DNA from: the human T2T-CHM13v2.0 reference genome, Homo sapiens
Assembly: GCF_009914755.1 (NCBI RefSeq)
Contig: NC_060931.1
Reading direction: 5' to 3' (one strand)
DNA: 64,000 nt
The notes below the pieces were generated by a model. It was not told the DNA's origin. It worked only from the letters and a program-made list of their open reading frames with translations, and did not search any database. The position numbers and the translations under genes are program-made. Below are positions 14,658 through 25,605 of the stretch, one piece after another (position 1 is the first letter of the stretch; the number at the start of each line of letters is the position of its first letter).

Positions 14658-16245
14658 GTATTTTCAGCATGAACTTCATGTCTTGTCCTAGGCTAGTGTC
14701 ATAAGTGTGGTTCCTTTTTCTAAAATACAATAACTATGGTTCTCTCCAGATGTATCCTAGGTTTTGTGGTTATCTTCTCCATTTGAGGTCCAGAAGCCAG
14801 TGATCTATTCTGGAAGCCAGGTTGCTGTCCCCCTGATAGAGAAGCTCCTCTTCATTCTAGTGACCCAAAGGTACAGAGTAGACAGTGGACTGAAGGTTAA
14901 CAATGAGGCCAACATGGATAGGGAGTTCTGTCTTATTTATCATCCTACCCCCAGCACCCACATAGGTGTTTAATCATCACATACATGAATGAATGAATGA
15001 ACGTGAAACATCTTTCTACCTAGTAACTAGATATAGACTAGCCAGTTGCTGAAGAATGTCATGTTGAAGAACTATAATTGTACAATGAATTTTTATAATA
15101 TCACAGAAAAACAAGAAAAGTATAAATAGGACAGAAAACTCCAGAATCATCCAGTGTTCCATTTAATGCTAAAACAGATTTCAAAATACGAATGATAAGA
15201 TGCCTCATAATTTTATTTTTGCTCTTCTTCTGCAGCCCCCATACATCTCAATATAGATCATACTGAGAACTGTTAGGACCTCCTGGACCATTTACAAGTT
15301 GCTGTTAAGTCTAATGAAGCTCTTGAGAACTTAGAGCCTGGAGTTTTTCACTACCCACTCATTAAACTCCAGGTCTACTTTCCTGTGCCAATATACAACT
15401 TAGATTGTAAGAAAACACCTTGACTATTTTGTCTTTTCAAATTCAGTCTATTTCTATATTCTGAGAATACAACTGACTCTTCCTTTGGTGTAGCCATAAG
15501 GACAGCTTTACAGCTCACCAGAGGGACTGATTTTCTTTAGTGACTTGCACTAATGCATTTGAAATGGGGAATTTCACATCTGGCAGGAATCCAGTAGAAC
15601 AGCTGCAGGAAGGTAGAGTTAAACACTGGCTGGATGCTACCTCGTGAATGGCTGCTTGAGGTGAAGACCTTGTTTTTTTTAAATTGGAATAAACTCTAAA
15701 TGTTGGGAAGCTTCCAGCCTGAGATATTGAATGACTGTGATTGTTCCTGTTCTTCATCCAGCCTTTGAAGAATCTGGTTGCCTGAGAATCCTGCTTACCC
15801 CTTATGCCACCCTGCAGGACCTAAGCATAGGAAACATTCTGAGCAAATGCAATTAACTAAATATAATCATCAAGGAGCTATAAATAACACCACTACTACC
15901 CTCATCCCTGGAAGTCATTCCATGTGGCAAACACTGTTGAGCACCTACTATGTGCCCAGAACTGGGTTAGTGCTAGGCTTTGGGCATTTTAACCAAAAGA
16001 TGAATTCCCTTTTTGAATCGTATTTCGGAAATATATCCATGACTGCAAGTTGTTGTTAACATAGCAAGAACTCATTCTTACAGAATTTTTCACTAGAGCT
16101 CTGGCCAGTGAGAAACCCTCATCAACCTACATTCAATATCCTAATGTAGAAATCCCTTAGTGATGGCTTACATGTCCCACAGGGTATCCTAACACCACAA
16201 TGCTCTCTTCTGGGAGAAATGACATATTTTTCTTCTTACCAGCAG

Positions 16246-17598
16246 ATGATGAGGAGATTTCCCTGAGTACCGAGCCTGAGTCAGCCCAAATTCAGGACAG
16301 CCCCATGAACAACCTGATGGAAAGCGGCAGTGGGGAACCTCGGTCTGAGGCACCAGAGTCCTCTGAGAGCTGGAAGCCAGAGCAGCTGGGTGAGGGCAGT
16401 GTCCCCGATCGTCCAGGGAACCAAAGCATAGAGCTTTCCAGACCAGCTGAGGAAGCAGCAGTCATCACGGAGGCAGGAGACCAGGGCATGGTCTCTGTGG
16501 GACCTGAAGGGGCTGGGGAGCTCCTGGCCCAGGTGCAAAAGGACATCCAGCCTGCCCCCAGTGCAGAAGAGCTGGCCGAGCAGCTGGACCTGGGTGAGGA
16601 GGCATCAGCACTGCTGCTGGAAGACGGTGAAGCCCCAGCCAGCACCAAGGAGGAGCCCTTGGAGGAGGAAGCAACGACCCAGAGCCGGGCTGGAAGGGAA
16701 GAAGAGGAGAAGGAGCAGGAGGAGGAGGGAGATGTGTCCACCCTGGAGCAGGGAGAGGGCAGGCTGCAGCTGCGGGCCTCGGTGAAGAGAAAAAGCAGGC
16801 CCTGCTCCTTGCCTGTGTCCGAGCTGGAGACGGTGATCGCGTCAGCCTGCGGGGACCCCGAGACCCCGCGGACACACTACATCCGCATCCACACCCTGCT
16901 GCACAGCATGCCCTCCGCCCAGGGCGGCAGCGCGGCAGAGGAGGAGGACGGCGCGGAGGAGGAGTCCACCCTCAAGGACTCCTCGGAGAAGGATGGGCTC
17001 AGCGAGGTGGACACGGTGGCCGCTGACCCGTCTGCCCTGGAAGAGGACAGAGAAGAGCCCGAGGGGGCTACTCCAGGCACGGCGCACCCTGGCCACTCCG
17101 GGGGCCACTTCCCCAGCCTGGCCAATGGCGCGGCCCAGGATGGCGACACGCACCCCAGCACCGGGAGCGAGAGCGACTCCAGCCCCAGGCAAGGCGGGGA
17201 CCACAGTTGCGAGGGCTGTGACGCGTCCTGCTGCAGCCCCTCGTGCTACAGCTCCTCGTGCTACAGCACGTCCTGCTACAGCAGCTCGTGCTACAGCGCC
17301 TCGTGCTACAGCCCCTCCTGCTACAACGGCAACAGGTTCGCCAGCCACACGCGCTTCTCCTCCGTGGACAGCGCCAAGATCTCCGAGAGCACGGTCTTCT
17401 CCTCGCAAGACGACGAGGAGGAGGAGAACAGCGCGTTCGAGTCGGTACCCGACTCCATGCAGAGCCCTGAGCTGGACCCGGAGTCCACGAACGGCGCTGG
17501 GCCGTGGCAAGACGAGCTGGCCGCCCCTAGCGGGCACGTGGAAAGAAGCCCGGAAGGTCTGGAATCCCCCGTGGCAGGTCCAAGCAATCGGAGAGAAG
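16246..17598 (+). CDS. HECW1: HECW1 large coding exon (1353 nt), acidic/Ser-rich disordered linker DDEEISLSTEP...GPSNRRE
   Basis: Lies within the 467-aa ORF 16200-17603; acceptor tcttcttacCAGCAG (alternative start 16243), donor GTtaga at 17599; phase 1-1. Confidence 0.96.
16770..17575. promoter_or_regulatory. Intragenic CpG-island-like segment in the 3' part of the large exon
   Basis: Visibly dense CpGs and high GC, in contrast to the CpG-poor 5' part of the same exon and the introns. Confidence 0.75.
17226..17330 (+). repeat. Coding 15-bp tandem repeat x7, TCS-TGC-TAC-AGC-NNN, encoding (SCYSx)7
   Basis: Units start at 17226, 17241, 17256, 17271, 17286, 17301 and 17316. Confidence 0.95.
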
Positions 17599-18174
17599 GT
17601 TAGACCTCAAACCTGATCAGAGTGAGAATAGGACCATCAGGGGGACAAAGGTGTCACCAACAGTTTAAAAACAAGAGGGGCGGGGGATCGGTGTCAAACG
17701 GGGTTGCTGGGGCAATGTATGCCTGTCTTGTATATACATGTGTGCATGTGTATCTGTGTATGAGCATAGATGACTGTGAGTAGCTGACACCCCACAATGT
17801 CTCAGATACACACCAGGAATTACGACTGGTTGGATGTGAGCGTGCACTTGTATGTGTGCTTCTATGTTTGTTTTAACTAATCACCAGAACTGGTTAGTGT
17901 ACATGTTATCCTAGTCTTAACAGCAGCCAGAGCCCCAAGACTAGTATCAAATGATATACATGGGAAAAATCTATCTACATTAAATGGATAATGTGTAAAT
18001 ATCTGCTGACTTTCAAAGCACATGGAAGATTAGCAATAGATGTTAATATTAGTTGAAGAACAGATTTTACCTCTGTTTTAGAATTCAACTAGCCCATGTA
18101 CGTACATATAGATATGTCTAGCCTACATATATTTGTCATTATTTATGTCCACTCAATTCTTGTTATTACTGTTG

Positions 18175-18206
18175 GTTTTGTTTTGTTGTTGTTGTTGTTG
18201 TTGTTG
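18175..18206. repeat. (TTG)n microsatellite
   Basis: Direct reading. Confidence 0.9.
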
Positions 18207-19871
18207 GCTATTTTGGCTAATGGAAGGGAAAAATAACATGATTGTGTATAAATGACTTTGTTTCCAGTAAGAATCAAATCCAAAAGCTGCCACCATTAGT
18301 TTTAAAACGTATTCTGTGTTTTAACCGAAGATGTTCTTTCTTAGTCATGCCTGTGGAATTATATGTGAAATTAATTTGCATTTCCTTATCCAGGAGTGGA
18401 AACTGTCTTCCAGTCAAGTGACAGTGGTATGACTGGGAAAAAAAATTGAAAAGTCACATAATAATATGAAATAATTCAGTTGTTTTAAAAGAGAAAAACA
18501 TAGCCTCTGCTATTTTGCTGTTCTGCTGTTGAAATTAGCCTCCAACAAAAGGCGGGGATATTTTCTCTAGATTGTAAGCTCATCAAGGGCCAGAGTTGTG
18601 TTTCTTTATGTTTGAATTCTTAGCACCTAAACAAACCCCTGGTGCCTACAAATTTTTTTTTTAACAGGAGCTAAAGTGAGCATTAAAAAAAATAATTTTA
18701 AGTATTCAATAATGCCCGCTTCTACATTTCAGAAAAAGAGTGAGAGAAGGTGGCACATGCAATAATGAGAAACGCAAGGAAATTGGTAGAGAAAAAGAAA
18801 CACAGGCAGAAAGGTAAAACAGATAGCATGGAAAGGTACCCCCAAGGAGCGGGATGGAAAATCCCTCCTGTGAGTAGAAGGGAATGGGAAATGCCTTTCT
18901 TTCACAAGGATGTTTCGAGGACTTCCTTTATTCTAGGCCAGATGTAATGCACTGGGCGCAGGAAGATGGAGTGGCATCAGGTGATGTATGGACATTACTC
19001 GATAATTACAGCATAATTAAAATAATACAACAAAAGGAGATTGGGGGATTCCCACATAAAAGGCACACATAGGAGCTGGCAGGGATGTTGGGTTACAGAG
19101 GTCTGTAGATTTTTCCTGTGAAGAGCCAGATAGTAAATACTTTAGGCTTTGTGGGTCAAGAGGTAAAAAGCTAAATAACTGTTCTCACTAAAAAGCTTTT
19201 TTTTTTTGTATTAAAAAGTGTACTGACACTTTTCTTAGCTCAGAGCCATACAACCCTGTTTTAGTGCACAGTTTTTTGGCCCCCATGTTGGGAGATAATC
19301 TACACATGGTCAATTGAAACTTGGCTCAATGTAAATTTATATAAGATCATGTTTTACAAACAAAAAAGTCACATCCTTGCCCTTTAGAGGCCAACAGTCT
19401 AGCAGGTGGAAGAGCAGGAAGTGTTTCAGGGTCACAGTGGACATCTCTGAATTGGCACTGGCAGTTTCTAAAGAAATATCTAAGTTCCTGAACTCTGCAG
19501 AGTGTAAACTCAGAAAAGGTTAAGAAGCACCTACATGCTTCACTATGGCGATCACAAGGGGAAATAAAAAGATTCCCGAGGGGTCTCTTGATCTGCTGAA
19601 GGCCATGCACACGCTGGCATGTGACTTCTTCCCAGCCATCCTTCCCCGCCTCAGCAGTGAGTCCCCAGGCTAACCGTGTCTGCATTGTGGGACTGTCCTT
19701 CACTTGCCACCAGGCTTCACAACAGCAGATGCTTCAAGAAAGCAGGGCTTTAACATGACCTGCCTGATACGTGATTGTGTGGGTGACCTCTGCTTCCATA
19801 AAAATCCCTATTGCTCCTTCGCCTTGACTTCTAAGATTGCAAATTCCTTTACTGTAGAAACTGCATTAGAC

Positions 19872-20190
<319 letters not shown>

Positions 20191-20424
20191 CTGCATTAGA
20201 TTAACCCAGGTGGATTTGTTGTCCACGTGCCCACATAGATAAGGCTGCAACAATTTATAGAGGAACACTGTTCTAAGTCTGAACTGACAACTATACAGGC
20301 TAGTATTCTTTTCATACTTTTTGCTTTATTTCCCTCTATAAATACCTCCTTTTTAAAAGTTTAATTTAAAATAGTTCTTGAAAGACCTTCTGCAGATAAA
20401 TGAAAAGAGTAACATAATGTCATT

Positions 20425-20610
20425 GTTATGAGCTCAGGCCCTGGAGTCAGGCCTCCTGGATTTATATTCACTCCTCCCACTTCCTCACCAAGTTACCTAG
20501 CTGTTCTGTGCCTCAGTTTCCTCATGTGCAAAATGGGTATAATTACAGAATCTCCCTCAAAGTGTTGTTGGGAAAATTTAATGAGATGATACTACAAAAG
20601 CACTCTGCTT
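20425..20610 (+). mobile_element. MIR
   Basis: Core CTGTGCCTCAGTTTCCTCATGTGCAAAATGGG. Confidence 0.7.
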
Positions 20611-22854
20611 CCCACCAAGTGAGGGTTCTTCCAGGCAGACAAGCAGTGAGGGTAACTGTTTATATTATGTTGTATAAAGCATCTAAAACAATCCTTTGAA
20701 TTTGCATTTCCTGTACTTTATAATTCAAGGGAAATTTTCACATTATTAGGTATAAATCACTTTGCTTCAAATAATATGCAAGGCAACCTATCTTTCTCTA
20801 CAATTAGGTTATATTATTTATAAATAGAAGGGAATTTAAAACGACGTTGCTTGCTTTTAGCTGAGGAATAGATCTCTTTCTGGGAGGTTCTGGCGGGTTT
20901 CAACACTTGCTTTGTGTTTGAGGCAAGGGTGATGATGTGGAACCCTGTCCTTGTGCAGAATAGAACTGCTTGCTTCTTCAGTGCCTCCATCCATTCAGTC
21001 GGCTGAGACATGTTGGTCACATCATTGCATTTGCTTGGGGTTCACAAGCAGGTGGGATCAGCTGCATTAACCCCAGGCAGTCAACAATATTGTATTTCCA
21101 CTAGCTTGGAGGAGTAATTAACCTGATTGGTTGCATTAATTTCAAGAGGTAAGTCTATTGTTGATTTTAAAGAAACTAAGTTAAAAATGCAGCAGCTGAT
21201 GACATAACAACTATACCATGGTTTTGTTTAATTTCTGACACTAAACATGTATACAAACAAACATGAGTGTGGTATCCACTTAAACACAGAGCCCATCTTT
21301 GGAACAGCAGTCTGTCCACAATGAACTGGGTGCCGGCATGAGGGGAACCTTCCTTGTTTTCCATTAGCATCTCCAAGGACCCAGAGGATTTGAGTAACAT
21401 AGCAGAATTTGCTCAACAAATAATGTTCTATATTTAACATTTAAAAGGACCCTTTGTTCCTGAATATATCTCTCCTTCTGTTTGCCAGTGAGCTCTAGGA
21501 ATTAAATCACAAAATTAAACCCACCTTTCTTCCTAATTAATTTATTTTTATTTTTGATCAGTTCCGTAGAACTAGAGTGAGAAGAAATAACCATCCTTTC
21601 CATGTGTGGATATTCTAGGAAATATTCAGCATTTGAGATCCTACAACCATTTGACCACCATTTTTCAGTCTCTCTCCTTTTTGACCCAAGGGATAATGGA
21701 ACACTTGCTATTTGCATCAGCAGAGGACAGAAGAAGGAAAAGGCCTGACCTTTGCCCTCTGGCCCTTAAAGGCTTTTGCAAGAAAACCAGCATGGTGTGA
21801 GGCAGGAGGAACCATCTGAAAAAGGGCCATCCTTTGTCCCGGGCCCTTCTCACTCTGCAAAGATCAAGAGCACTGGCCTCTGATTATGTGACCCAAGCAG
21901 CTGGTGCTGCAGGCCTGCCTTCTGCATGGCTGCTCTACATGCCTGAGGACACCACTTCAGAACATCGTTCAGTTCATTATAAGTCCGAACTGAGAACAGT
22001 ATAAGCTATGTCTGTTGTAGGTTTTCTTTTAATAATCTGAGGCATGCATCCTGTGGATATAATGTTTATTTCTAAACTTTCTCCATGTTTGTCTTTCTTC
22101 CTCCTTCTTTCCCATTTCTGTGTTTTGAGCTTTCCTGTCGCCGTCTTTCTGCTTTTTATCTACTTCCTTTGTCTCTTGTCCTTTCCTCTTTCCGGAGCAC
22201 CCTGGCTTGTCTGATTTCTCCTCAAAATAATCTGGACAGTCCTGAGATCCCTCAGCCCCTTGGCTCCCCTCCCCAACCCCCCAACCTCCAGCTTTCCTAC
22301 TACAGGAATTTACTTTCTTGGCTCGCCAGCTCCTTGACCTGTCTTGGTACCATCTAAGAGTTCATTCCCCTCAAAAATCTGAAAAACAGCCTTTCGGCAG
22401 CCCTGTGATGAAACCTATCCAAGTGAGGAGGTGTCATTTTGCATAAGCCCAAGGAACTTTTGTGGAACCTTATAAAACGCTGCATTTCCCTCAAACAGGC
22501 CTATTTCCTCCACTGGGCTAAAATCAGGCTCTGCTAATTTTCTCTTGTGTTCCTTTCTGGTGCCACTTTCTGATTCAGGAAATTCGGGTCATTACAGAAT
22601 CAGACTCAAATCCTACATATTGGACTGTGTGGCGCAGATCATTAGTTATGAAGTGTTTTGATTTTCTTCTTTTTTAAAAAAATATTTCCCCCCTCACGAA
22701 TGACTGTGAATGTAGCAAACTGACACACACACACAAATGGATTTCCCACTCTTTGGGGTTGTTTCTTGTAGTGCTTAGTTTTACAGTCATGCTTTTTTGA
22801 TGATGTTGCCACGGCAGTGAATGAATCTGAATGTATTGACTATCTTGTCCGTAG

Positions 22855-22956
22855 GTGAATGTCCTATACTCCATAATTCCCAGCCAGTAAGCCAGCTTCC
22901 TTCCCTGAGGCCTGAACATCATCACTACCCAACAATCGATGAGCCTCTTCCACCAA
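22855..22956 (+). CDS. HECW1: HECW1 coding exon (102 nt, symmetric): GECPILHNSQPVSQLPSLRPEHHHYPTIDEPLPP
   Basis: Acceptor ttgtccgtAG at 22853-54, donor GTaagc at 22957; supplies the EPLPP lead-in to WW1. Confidence 0.94.
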
Positions 22957-24572
22957 GTAAGCTTTAGTTTTTAAAATCTGTGTCTTAACTCTTCCTATCA
23001 AGTCTAAGCAGGTCAGTATGAATTTGTGTGTAAACATCTAAAGTCTTTCCCGACTCCGTGCCTTACAGTGTTAACAAAGACCAATATGACACCTGCTCTA
23101 AAAACTGGTGGTTTTTTGGGGGTTTTTAGTTTGTTTTTTTGACTAGTAGTTTCACCATGTGATCTTGAAGAGATAACACAGTGTTTTCAGTGCCTCTCAA
23201 CTTCTGAAATGGAGAGCATTTCTCTGTTAGACTTGACTAGTCTTTGCAAACTGTTCATGACCTTTAAGTCCCAAATTTTACATTTTATATTTAAAATTTG
23301 CAGTTCAAGATAGAATAATCCTATTGTTCTCCATTGGATCTGTTACGTCACAAGCATCTCCATATGTTAAAACAACTTCAACCCATCTGGGCACATGAAC
23401 TTGTACTTTCCTTACTATAACTTGCATCCATAGGGAATAGCTTCAAATTTCTTCTGCAGTTCTTAGGGGTTGCCAGGCAAAATATCATCTTTAAGATAGA
23501 ATTCAATGTCAGTTTCTCCTGGTAACTGTAGTGGGTAATTAATAATTATCTAACTAGTCATCTGAACTTGGGAAATTCATTTAATCTCTCAGGGACTTAG
23601 TTTTCTCATTTGTAAAATTTAAAAAATAAAGTTTAAATGTCTCCATCTGCTCAATGAAAGATTTGACCTAGATAGTCTCTAGATACCATTCTAGCTTTAA
23701 CTTCATAATACTCCATTTAATAAATTTATAGGAAGAAATTGATACCCCAGACATTATATATTCACTTGGCATCACATATGTTCATGAATTCTAGAACATC
23801 TCTGTTTTGGTTTTGCTTATTTTTCAAGCAAAGATAGTATTTAAGATTTGATAGATTTTACAACTACGAAATCTTTCCAGAATGCAAGGAACCAGTGTTT
23901 CTTTACATTCTTTTGCCTGTGCTTACATGAAGCAGTTACAGTTTTCAAAAGGAGAAGTGCTTATTTCTTAGTTCATCTGTTCTTGGTAATGTGCTGTACT
24001 TTACAGGAACACCACTCCTCTCCCTATTCAACTGTAATTTATTGGTGAGAAATCAAAGAACATCTTTTATATGTGGACTAATTTAAAGAAACACAATATT
24101 TGTTTTTCAAGGGCAAAGCCAAACATCATGTCCTTGAACTTTTGATGCCTGATTTCTTTCTTTCTTTATACACTGATTTATGGACATTCTATAAATGAAG
24201 AGTAACATTTTAGCATCACTACAAATACTTCCTAGGTAACATTTATTTGAAAAATATGTATAACATGTTATCTCCAGGAAAGGGATGCTTTCCCCACAAC
24301 AAATAACCTTTCAATGCATGAATCTACTTCGAATCTGTGCAGTACAGATGACTAGTTATACATGCAAATATTATAAATGATTGTACATAAATCCGTTGTA
24401 AAATAATTGCTTTATATAAGCCACTTTCAATAATGAGAACAAATTTCTCCAGACAGCTTTCAGTTTTCTATCCATATAACAGTGAAAGACCTTAGAAAAA
24501 TTGGTAATGAATCCTACCAACTGAATATTGTTAAATAATCTCAAATAGTACAAGAATTACCTTATTGCTGAT

Positions 24573-25605
24573 ATTCATTCATTCAACAAATATTTATTGA
24601 ATGTTTACCCTGTGCTAGGTACTATTGTGGGTAAGCAAAACAAAGATTCCTGCCCTCATGGAGCTTACAGTCTAGTCTGGAAGACAGATTAGCAAACAAT
24701 AAAATAATTAAACAGGGACTGGCCTAGCATAGGAGATGCTATGGAAAAGCAAAAATAGACCAGGGTGAGGGATCTCTGAGTTCGTGTGGGGGTGGCTGGT
24801 TTGCAGTTTTAAAACAAGTGGTGAGAATAGGCTTCATTGAGAAGACAACACCTGAGGGTTAGGAGAGTTATCCCTGCAAGTGTTGGGCAGGAAGAGCTTT
24901 GCAGGCACAGGGAATGGCCACTGCCAGTCGGGAGTTGGAAACACCCTGCTGGGTTTAAGGAACAGGAGACCAGTGCATCTGGAGCAAACTGAGGAAGGGA
25001 GAAGGCAGCAGGTGATGTGGTTAGCGAACTAGCAAGGCCCAGATCATGCAGGGCCTTGTAAACCATTTAAGGGCTTTGTAAATCACTTAAGGGCTTTTAC
25101 TCTGAACGAAAGGAGGACATTGTAGAGTTTTCAGCAGAGAAGTGACATTGTCTGCCTCAGGTTTTGAAAAGTTTGCCCAAGTTGCTGTGTAGGGAATAAA
25201 TTGGGAAGAGGAAGGATAGAAGCATGAGATTCAACATAAGATTATGTCTTTATGCAGGAACCCAGGTGACAAACAATAGTAGCTTGGGCCAGGGTGGGAG
25301 CAGTGGAGGTGGTGAGGAGTGGTCTGATTCTGGACATATATTTTAAAGGTAGATTTGATGACAGATTGGATATGGATGTGAGAGAAAGATAGGTATCAAA
25401 AATGACCTAAGAGTTTCAACCTACAAAGATGGAGTTGTCTTCAACTGAGTTGGGTAGGAAAGACTGCAGGCAGAGCAGGTTTTGATGGGAAGGATCCAAC
25501 ACTTGGTTTCGATCATCCTGTGTTTGAGATGTCATCCAGGTAGTAATGTCAAGAAGGAAATTGAATGTGTGACTCTGAAGTTCAAGAGAAAGGTCTAGAC
25601 TATGC
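24573..25605 (-). mobile_element. L2 3' fragment
   Basis: Starts ATTCATTCATTCAACAAATATTTATTGA, the reverse complement of the L2 3' end, followed by CCTGCCCTCATGGAGCTTACAGTCTAG. Confidence 0.8.

Noticed and set aside
16200-16242. ATG at 16200 as the start of a standalone 467-aa gene
   Set aside because: The first 14 codons run through the branch and pyrimidine tract of the acceptor, and the ORF stops 5 nt into the next intron; it is an internal exon.
17226-17330. Regular repeat considered as CRISPR-like
   Set aside because: Head-to-tail 15-mers with no spacers, in a coding frame of a eukaryotic gene.
16842-17537. 231-aa antisense ORF and other minus-strand ORFs over the large exon
   Set aside because: Shadow frames expected opposite a GC-rich coding exon; no independent promoter or splice evidence.
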